A DNA stretch of 32,560 nt from NCBI RefSeq assembly GCF_001194135.2, contig NC_068983.1, forward strand, positions 28,147,157 through 28,179,716, in the 5' to 3' direction. The notes below the pieces were generated by a model. The model had not been told where the DNA came from, ran no database searches, and worked only from the letters and a program-made list of their open reading frames with translations. This stretch comes from Octopus bimaculoides. Taxonomy: Eukaryota. Positions 24,039 through 32,560 of this stretch are shown here, in pieces (position 1 is the stretch's first letter; each line of letters opens with the position of its first letter). The position numbers and the translations under genes are program-made.

Positions 24039-24639
24039 TAGATGTAAAATACTGATGATGATAACATTCATTTCTTTCTGCTTGAATTCACGTATGTGCA
24101 TATGAGTGTGTGTGTGTGTGTGTGTGATAAACACACATACATTCAATATATTGTATAGAATTTATATTTATTGACAGTCGGTGACCCAAAAGAATATGGG
24201 GCACATAGCTGCAAATATCTGAATGATTAGACATGTGTTTTATGTGTATGAAACTCTGAACTGTGGGTAGACAACTGTTCACACACTCACATGCACACAC
24301 GCATATAAATATAATCTTATAATATTTGTATGTATGTATGTATGTTTGTATGTATGTATGTATGTATGTATGTATAAAGAAGTCAATAGACAGTTTCCAA
24401 TACGTTCTCAACTCTGTATCTTATCAGATAGAAAATTTATAAAACATTTGACTAAATAAATACAATCATATAAATTATTAAAAAAAAAAGTAGCTTGCCA
24501 TATCAGAGAACAGACCCTTTATATCGGAAATATTGTGAATCGTATATCAGGCTAGAATCACTTTTTTTTTTCTGATTTAGGAATAGAATCAGTTTGAAAA
24601 GTGTTGATAGAAAGAATTGTATGATGGGAAGAAAAATTA

Positions 24640-24828
<189 letters not shown>

Positions 24829-26399
24829 CTAGAATAATATAGAAAGGCAGGAAAAATAAAAATTATGAACATCAAAGAAATAATAGTTTGTTATATTTTG
24901 AGTAAATTTATTAATTTATTCACAAAAAATATTTATAACAATTGAACAATTGAACTTTTTTAACTCTTCTATGAACTACCTTGTTGACTAATTCTTACTG
25001 ATGTTGACCATCAATTTTTGCTGTTTATATTTTATAACTATAACAATTTTTGGTTTATGACTAAGAATATCAACAAAAAATGTGGAACATATATGAATGT
25101 GGCATGATTTTCACAGGTTGCATAGCAGGCTGTCTACCTAGGAGGAGAGTAACTATGAAAAAGAACTGCTTGAGTAGAAGGAGACATTTTAGCTTTCCCA
25201 TATGGCACAGCTTCTTTGGTGCTAGTGGCACAATTAAAACGTACCTGGTTGTCACTATAAAACATACTCAGTAATAAAGTTGGTTGGATATGTTTTATGT
25301 TGTTTGATCAGATGCTAGCAAATTATAGTCCACTAGGCAAAACCAGCTCAGGGCCATATTTCATTTGTCCCTCTGATTTTATTGAATATGTAATGTTCTA
25401 CACAAAAATTCTTCACTTATCAACAATGATATTCAGTATAAAAAAGTAAATGACTTTTGCAGTGACCTCAAATGAATGAATGTTTTATATCAATGCAGAA
25501 AAAAATGAAAAAAAAAAATGAGATGCTTTCTAAAGGTTTCTCCAGAAATGATATTTCAAACTGTAAATGTTCTCCTAAATCAACAAATACAAACAATGTC
25601 TCATACATTGCTATAATATAGTTTAAATGAATAATCAATTCTAAGGACTGAGGGAATTCAAAAATGTATACTTATTCACTGAGTAAAGCAGATAAACTGA
25701 CTTGTGACAAAATTTTAATGGAAAACGTCATTACTCCATTCAGTCTAATTAAAAATGCTCTAACAGTATGTCATGCCATATATAGTACATACTGACTTTT
25801 ATGGTATTGAATGTATAGCAGTTATTTCATTAATACAGGTGACATTTAAAAAGGCATTTTCGATCAGTCTGCCTTATGTGATTATTGTTTTATCTTTTAT
25901 TCCTTTTGGACCACAAGATAAAAAACATTTCCAGTCTAGCCCACCTCCCGAAAATTTTACCAATTCCTGTTGATGACACCAACAGCAATGAAATGCTGTC
26001 CAACCCATGCTAGCATGGAAAAAATAATCATAAAATGATAAAGATGATGAAACTTCATCTATGAATGTCTTTGAAGGCAAAAAAATATAAAGGTTATTAA
26101 AAAAGAAGTCAGTCAAGATAAAATGACTTCTTTCTTTGAGTAAATCTAAAATCAAGGAAACTGATGATGGTTTGTATCAGCAATGATTAGATCACTGGAC
26201 AGTTTCTTGAAGAGTTAAATAAGTTCAATTTTAGAACCCTTAACTTTCAGCAGAGAGCAAGGGCAGATGAAGATCAAGTGCCTAATTAAACATTTCCCAG
26301 AATTTTCCACCAGTTTTCATTCACTTCTTTCACAATTGTAAAGCTTTCGTATTTTCTGTTACACTTATGTAGTAGAAGTATTTCTTCTGTGAAGAAATA

Positions 26400-27720
26400 T
26401 TGACTTGTGACAATTGACCTCAGAGTAATTGCTAGACAGATTTTAAGACACAAAATAAACTGAAGCTGAAGGCCTCCTCTGTATGATATAGATTTGGAGA
26501 GATTCTAGGTGACACGTATGTCAAGACTGAGAGAAGATATAAAACTATATCAGAGAAGAGAACTGGACATTTCTTCAAGGCAACTTGCTGCAAGCCATAG
26601 ACCAGCCATTTGGCTGAGGTAAAACATCAATCAAATGAAAAGTTACATGGTGTTAGAATGTTACTGTAGATAGAACCATAAATGCCAAGGACAGACTTGG
26701 AAGGATTGGAAGAAAGGAGCAACCAAGATGCAACATCAGTTAGTTAAAAGAGATGCTACAAGGCATGGAGATAGGCTGAAACTAAGACATTTGTTAAACA
26801 ACTGCAACACAAGGATCAGAAATGTGAAGTGTTCCAGATAGCGTATCAATATTTCAATGTAAATCATGACATTTTTGGAGAAAAGTGACATCCTAGCATC
26901 TATCAATGCCATGAGAAGGCAACTTGGAAATGTAACTATATGTGGTTGCTGAAAGTGGAAAATACATGGAAGAGGGGTTATTTTAACTGAACCCAAAAGA
27001 GGAGCCAGCTAATGAAGTTGACAATTGTACAGTAAAAAATGTAATTAAGGATATGTAAGCAGGGAAAGTAACTGGACAATCAGGAATAGATGCCAAAATG
27101 CTGAAAATGGTGAAAATATTCAGCAAAGTAGTCAATTAGGGAGTGCAAAGAATTGTAATAGTATCGTTATCAACTACTAGATGACAAAGGAGATGCTTAA
27201 GAATGAAGTAACTATCAAGTTAAGAAAATATCATAGAGTTAAAGCTCAACTGATTAGTAAGACAATTGGCTTACATGAGTTGCAGCTAGGATTTGTGCCA
27301 GAACATGGTATCACTGAAGCCCTCATACTAGACAAACAACTATGAGAGAAATTCTTAGCTAAAAGTAAGACACAATGCCTAGCAGTAACAAGAATTCCAT
27401 TTTGAGTACCCACTGTAAACTACCAAAGTGAAGGCTTACAGGCATAGAAGAATGAGTGTAGTTAACTGTGAGAGTATTTATTTGTGAAATAAGCAATTTC
27501 AAATGCTTTAAAGGAGCAGTAGAAGTTGTTAGCTTTTCTAAACTCGATGATTTACTTAGAAATGGAGATGAGTGAAATAGAATGGGTTAGAAAAAATTTA
27601 GAGAGTTATTATGTCTACTAGGGACAAAGTCATTCCTCAGTCAAGTGGAGGGTAGATTGCATGATGCTTGTACATAAAATGTGATGATGCATGGTAGCCA
27701 AACATGATTACTGAATGTGG
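26400..27720 (+). mobile_element. Heavily decayed RTE-clade LINE fragment (RT region); boundaries approximate
   Basis: 27270-27370 reads LHELQLGFVPEHGITEALIL..QL*EKFLAK (cf. MQFGFVPGRGTTDAIF..RQLQEKFLAK). About 27600-27710 resembles RELLPLL...KGRLYDACV..M.HGS.TW. Many stops. Confidence 0.7.
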
Positions 27721-29651
27721 AGTTTGTGCAAAAGTCAGAAAAGAAGTTTTATATCCTTGTATTGGATATATATAATGAGATTCAACGCTGTATATCAAAA
27801 GCTACAGTGAGCTGCTACCAACCTGAACTGCCAATTGCTCACAGTTCTTTAATTTATAACAATGAGTCAGTCCATCTTTAGTCACTTGCAGTGTGGTCGG
27901 AATCGTTTCACAACAAAGTAATGAGCTTTTGTCTGAGAAACAAAGAGAGTTTTCAACTGTTTTCTTTCTCTTTAAAAAGAGCTCTGTTTTATGTTTGTCA
28001 AGAGTAAAACAAAATGAAAAGGATAGTGTTCTTAGAAATTTTGTAGATGTCTAGGTGAATATGAACATGTAATGACAGGATATGAGAGGACTAAAGCTCA
28101 CTGAAGCTGAAACAACAAATTCTGCCTCTCGCAAAATCCAGGCAATTTTTCCCATCAAATAGCATTATTGACTAACTCCTTAGATGATCTTCATGCAACC
28201 TGTAATAGTGCTGCTTCTTATGATGATAATGAATTGCATCAGGCTCAGTGATAGATGCATCGCATATCCAATCAAATATAGATTATGTGTAACTTTATTT
28301 AATCAGTGTGTTATTCAATCCATTTTGTGTTGTTATTGTTTTAATTGTGTAACCCCCACTTCAAAGAGTCCTGATAAACTAGATATATAGATAGTAGACA
28401 GGGCTGAATAAAGCCTAACTGCTGCTCTAAGCACAGCTTAACAATGGTGCTTCTTAGAGTCAGTGTTCCTCTTAGGGATACTCTGTCCATTGGAGTTCGG
28501 AGCCCCATCTATCCTTAAAGAACAAGATTCTTTTAGGATTCTCGAATAAAGAGTAAGAGACTAAAATATTAGCTTCCTCACTTCTCATGGCAACTGAATT
28601 TATTGAGTTCTTTCATAATAGTCTATTGTTCAGTCTTGAGTAAAGGAATTACATTTTAGATTAAAATCTACTAAAGAATGATTCCTAAACAAAATTGTCA
28701 GTTTGTTAACAAGCCTGCAAGTTGTGGGGATCCTAATTTACATGGTGGTGTTGGTGGTGGAGACAATGATGTTGATGTTGCTATGGAAGGATAGAAGAAA
28801 AAGAGTATTAACATGCAGTTTTGCTACAATTCACCCATTTAGAATAAATCTTTTTAAGTTTTGAAGAAAATAATCAATGGAAGTCTACTTTATTCTGTCT
28901 GGTCTTACAACTGTTTATTAGCCAGTGGCACTGTGACATTTACTGAGATATCATGAAATACTTAAACCTGATGATTATACAAAAATCACTGATTTAATAC
29001 AGAAATTCTGGGCTGTACACAAAGAAACAACAAAATGTGTCTGGCAAGGATGTGGCTTAGAAGGTCAGAACAAATTTAATTGCATTTTCTGAAAGAAACA
29101 AGTCAGTCTGTTATTCAGTTTAAATTGAGTAGACTCATAGTAAGTAAGAACTGTAATTAGAAACACTGCTCAAAGCATTTGTAGCCATCACTTATCTTAT
29201 TTCAAGTATCAAAAATAATTTGAATTACATGAGATATTTCATGAGATAAAAACTAGACATTTTTCAAAGTACTAATACATAAATGATGTTTTGATAAATT
29301 TTTTAAATGTTTATTGCGATAATGTCTGGTCATATGCATTTATTTCATAGCAATTTCATATTCTAATGCTACGTATTTTCATTTAAAAAGTCTGATATTC
29401 TAGACATTATCAAAAGCCTGAAGAATAAAATATTAACAGCATAATCAAATTATCAAAATGATTTTATATTTATTAAGTGATTCTTTCATCACTTTTTCAC
29501 TAAGTACATTGAAATGTATGGTTTGCTGATGAAGCTGTAATAATACTGAAACATAAGCCATTACAGTTCTATATTTAAGAGATGAGGAATTATTTATATT
29601 ATTTACATTATTTACATTTGACGGATATTTGTCCTCATCTTGTTTGTTGTT

Positions 29652-29697
29652 AACACTACGTTTCGGCTGATATACCCTCCAGCCTTCGTCAGGTGTC
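29652..29697 (-). ncRNA. Minimal type I hammerhead ribozyme motif, identical to 29946-29991
   Basis: Reverse complement reads GACACCTGACGAAGGCTGGAGGGTATATCAGCCGAAACGTAGTGTT. Confidence 0.8.
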
Positions 29698-29945
29698 TTG
29701 GGGAAATTTTGAACCTGGGTTCTCATTCCTAACGATGTTACTATTATTGTATTATTATTATTATTAAGCTAATACCACCTGGCTTAAATATAATGACACC
29801 AGTGGATTCATACAAAGCTAGAAGAGTAGCGGAAAGGGCAGGACATGCCCTCGTCCGTGAGAGGGATTCATAATAGTAATAATAATAATAATATTATAAT
29901 AGTAACATCGTTAGGAATGAGAACCCAGGTTCAAAATTTCCCCAA

Positions 29946-29991
29946 GACACCTGACGAAGGCTGGAGGGTATATCAGCCGAAACGTAGTGTT
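29946..29991 (+). ncRNA. Minimal type I hammerhead ribozyme motif (predicted cleavage after GUA, 29986)
   Basis: GACAC-CUGACGA-A-GGCUG(GAGGGUAUAU)CAGCC-GAAA-CG-UA-GUGUU. Complete core, 5-bp stem II, 5-bp stem I (GACAC/GUGUU), loopless palindromic stem III (ACGU) as in PLE-associated minimal hammerheads. Activity not shown. Confidence 0.8.
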
Positions 29992-30080
29992 AACAACAAA
30001 AAAGATGAGGACAAATATCCGTCATATGTAAATAATGTAAATAATATAAGCCATTACCTCCTAAAGTTGCGAAAGAAGTA

Positions 30081-31337
30081 CGAGGATGGGCTAAAATGTT
30101 CATAGGATGACTGTGAAGGAGTTATGCTAGAGATGTGAAATTTTGCATGCATTAATTTCAGCTCATATTATTAATAACTGCATTAGTTTCTTCTGGATAA
30201 ACTGACATCTGACTGTTCTAAGAAGTCTTCAAAAGTAACTGGTAGCAACTCCTTTTGAAAATGGACAAAATTTGGCATCATCATGCTATCAAGTACCTGC
30301 AGAAAAAGGGTTTAGCCCCCAAAGGGCATTCATGCTGACATGGTTGCTACATTAGGAGATGATGCTTCAGCTTTATCAACAGTGCAAAAGTAGGCAGCTG
30401 AATCTAGGTAAGGAACAGAGGGCCTTGAATATGACCTAACATCTGGACGTCCTGCCACTGACACCACCGAGGGAAACCTTGATTGTGTTCACTATATGGT
30501 GATGAATGACAGGCCATTGACTATATCAAACAGCTAATGCTATTAGCATATCTCATGAGAGAGTTGAGAATATTCTGCTCAATGAACTTGGCATGTTCGG
30601 TGGGTGCCAGCTCTTCTGACACTTGATCAAAAGCACACCAGGTTGATCACATCATGGAAAATCTGACATTGTTTGAGATAGATCCAGGTGGTTTCTTTGA
30701 ATGTTTCCTAACCCAAGATGAGCAGGAGACAAAGAGATAATCCTTGCAGTGGAAACACCCCTCCTCATCTGTTCCAAAGAGGGCCATAGTCATTTCCTAT
30801 ATAAGAAAGGTAATGACCTCACTTTGTTTTGGATGCAAAAGGCATTGTGGTTATTGACTATCTTCAGAAGGGTTACACCATCAACAGAGAGCATCAGTTC
30901 AACTTTCTGAGGCAGTTACAGAAGACTATCTTGACCAAACACACAGAAAAACTGTTGAAAGAGGTCTTGTTTCATCAGTACAATGTTCCAGCACACCAGT
31001 CCTTGGTTTCAATGACTGCTGTGTAGGATTGTGGGTTTGAACTGATTGATCATCGTTCCTATTCTCTTGATTTGGCCCCATTTGACTGTCATCTGTTCCC
31101 CAACATGAAACAACACTTGGCTGGAAACCTGTATTACAGTGATGATGACATCATATCTGCTGCTGCTGACATTTTTGAACAAGATGAAAGCTTCTTCACC
31201 AATGGTATCCAGGCACTGTAACACCAATGGAAGAAGTGTATGGAGCACTAGAGGGACTATGTTGAAAAATAAACCTTACTTAGTCAAATTCCATAAGAGT
31301 ATATTGGTCAGCCTATGAAGTTTTCACCCGACTCTCA
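30081..31337 (+). mobile_element. Full-length decayed mariner (Tc1/mariner) DNA transposon
   Basis: About 1.26 kb. Degenerate TIRs (cgaggatgggctaaaatgttcataggatgac vs rc of gtcagcctatgaagttttcacccgactctca), flanked by TA at 30079-80 and 31338-39. Internal transposase relic. Confidence 0.9.
30261..31272 (+). pseudogene. Mariner transposase pseudogene
   Basis: Recognisable pieces MDKIWH..IKYLQKKGLAP, SGRP, WVP.LLT, TQDE, FWDAKGIVVIDYLQKG, FHQYNVPAH (QDNAPAH with D>Y), YSLDLAPFDCHLFP, ...DYVEK-stop. Several stops, frameshifts and deletions. Confidence 0.9.
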
Positions 31338-31414
31338 TATATTGCTGTGGAACATTAACTGACTAAACTTAAATTTTTGATTAGAAAGTAAATATATCTC
31401 TCACTCTCTCTCAT

Positions 31415-32449
31415 CCTTGGAACAGATCAGAAGAAGATCTACCAACATTCCACAACATCCTCAACACACTGCACCCATCTATCCACTTCACAATAGATAC
31501 CAACTACAACAAACTCCCCTTCCTAGACATCAACATCAAGATACACAACTCCATCGTTACAACAGACATCCACTACAAAAAAACCGACACACATCAATAT
31601 TTAAATTTCTACTCCTGCCACCCATCCCACATAAAGAGAAACATCCCATATAGTATGGCAAGACACATATGCAGCATAGTGACTGACTCACAGACACGCC
31701 ACACAAGACTAGAGGAACTTAAAAACTTCCTACTAGAACAAAAATACCCACTCACCTTAATAGAAAACGGAATCGAAAGAGCAACAAAACTAGACATTAC
31801 ACAACTCAGAACACCAAAAAAGAAAAACAAAGAAAACATCATCCCTTTCATTAACACACACAACCCTACAATCACCAACATGTTTCACATTATACACTCA
31901 AACCTACCAATAATCCAACAAAGCCCCAAAATGAAAAACCTACTAAACAAACATCACATAAAAAACAGTAAACGCCAAGAAAAAAACTTTAAAAAACACC
32001 TCACAAGAGCGAAATTCTCAGCAGAGAATGAAACCGAATTCTACGTAAAAGAGTGTGGAGATGGTAGATGTGGAGCCTGCAGCAACCCCAGCTACAAATA
32101 TATAGAGGGGAACAAACAGATAAGATTTAAGAGTGGTCACACATTCAATGTAAATGCAGACATGAACTGCAAGACGCAGAATGTAATATACTGCATAATC
32201 TGCCCCACATGCAAGGAGTATTATATAGGTGAAACTGGAAATTCCTTATGTCAACGAGCCAGAATTCACCGGCAACATGTCCGACAGGAGGAACTACGGA
32301 AAATTCCACTGAGTGAGCACCTAGGAACATGTGGGGAAGGAAAATTTAAGATCTTTCCCTTCTACAAATGCTCAAGGAATGATACCTCCTTCAGGAAAAA
32401 TATGGAGAAATACTTCATAGCAAAATTCTCACCAAAACTAAATGGCTGA
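31415..32449 (+). mobile_element. 5'-truncated Penelope-like retroelement: RT C-terminal/thumb region, Cys-rich linker and GIY-YIG endonuclease
   Basis: The frame of track ORF 31655..32449 extends upstream without a stop: PWNRSEEDLPTFHNILNTLHPSIHFTI...LPFLDI...DIHYKKTDTHQYLNFYSCHPSHIKRNIPYSMARH, typical of PLE RT just after YxDD. C-terminus NVIYCIICPTCKEYYIGET...RIHRQH...SEHL is a GIY-YIG domain with PLE CCHH residues. Confidence 0.92.
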
Positions 32450-32560
32450 AACATGCAGATCACAACCCATCTAGACAGCCCCCTAAAAAAACGGCAAGAA
32501 ACCCAGATAGTGGGACATTTTTATACCAACAAGAATTGAACCCAGTTACCTAGGTTCTCA

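Larger units (their letters stand above)
29594..30049. repeat. Long inverted repeat: 153-bp arms (29594-29746 and 29897-30049), 150-bp spacer
   Basis: Direct comparison finds 2 mismatches in 153 bp (caaaCaag/caaaAaag; gtcaAatg/gtcaTatg). Each arm carries a hammerhead motif. Confidence 0.93.

Noticed and set aside
25139-25254. Minus-strand exon candidate DNQVRFNCATSTKEAVPYGKAK...
   Set aside because: Phase 2/2 is incompatible with the phase-0 exon at 24828, the donor is weak, and there is no real FRMPD similarity beyond VRF.
26300-26385. Minus-strand frame ...EVNENWWK suggesting an SH3 domain
   Set aside because: Lacks the ALYDY/ELSF motifs and sits at the edge of a plus-strand LINE relic.
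29445-30105. Twin ORFs MRTQVQNFPKTPDEGWRVYQPKRSV... as duplicated small genes
   Set aside because: They are translations of the two arms of the hammerhead-containing inverted repeat.
31417-31653. Track ORF MEQIRRRSTNIP... as a separate gene or a frameshift in the PLE
   Set aside because: It is an out-of-frame reading. The real PLE frame (31415 onward) is continuous with 31655..32449.

Overview
AT-rich, repeat-dense eukaryotic DNA whose SINE, RTE and microsatellite content looks like an Octopus (cephalopod) genome scaffold. The species is inferred from repeat style, not proven. It has five N-gaps, each next to (TA)n. The host gene is a FERM and PDZ domain-containing gene (FRMPD4/1/3 family) on the minus strand. 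Three phase-0 coding exons are clear (24721-24828, 16054-16185, 11947-12066) and splice into a continuous FERM N-terminal region. The rest is probably intron, filled with tRNA-derived SINEs, decayed RTE-type LINE pieces, a piggyBac-like MITE, a full-length dead mariner (30081-31337) and a young 5'-truncated Penelope-like element (PLE) with an uninterrupted RT-thumb plus GIY-YIG frame (31415-32449). The most interesting signal is a short repeat present three times that carries a minimal type I hammerhead ribozyme (CUGANGA-A-GGCUG/CAGCC-GAAA-CG-UH with a GACAC/GUGUU stem I). One copy has a tRNA-like Pol III head. Two form a ~99% identical 153-bp inverted repeat about 1.4 kb from the PLE. This suggests a tRNA-headed, ribozyme-bearing, PLE-mobilised non-autonomous element. 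Almost all ORFs in the supplied track are microsatellite, gap or repeat artefacts.
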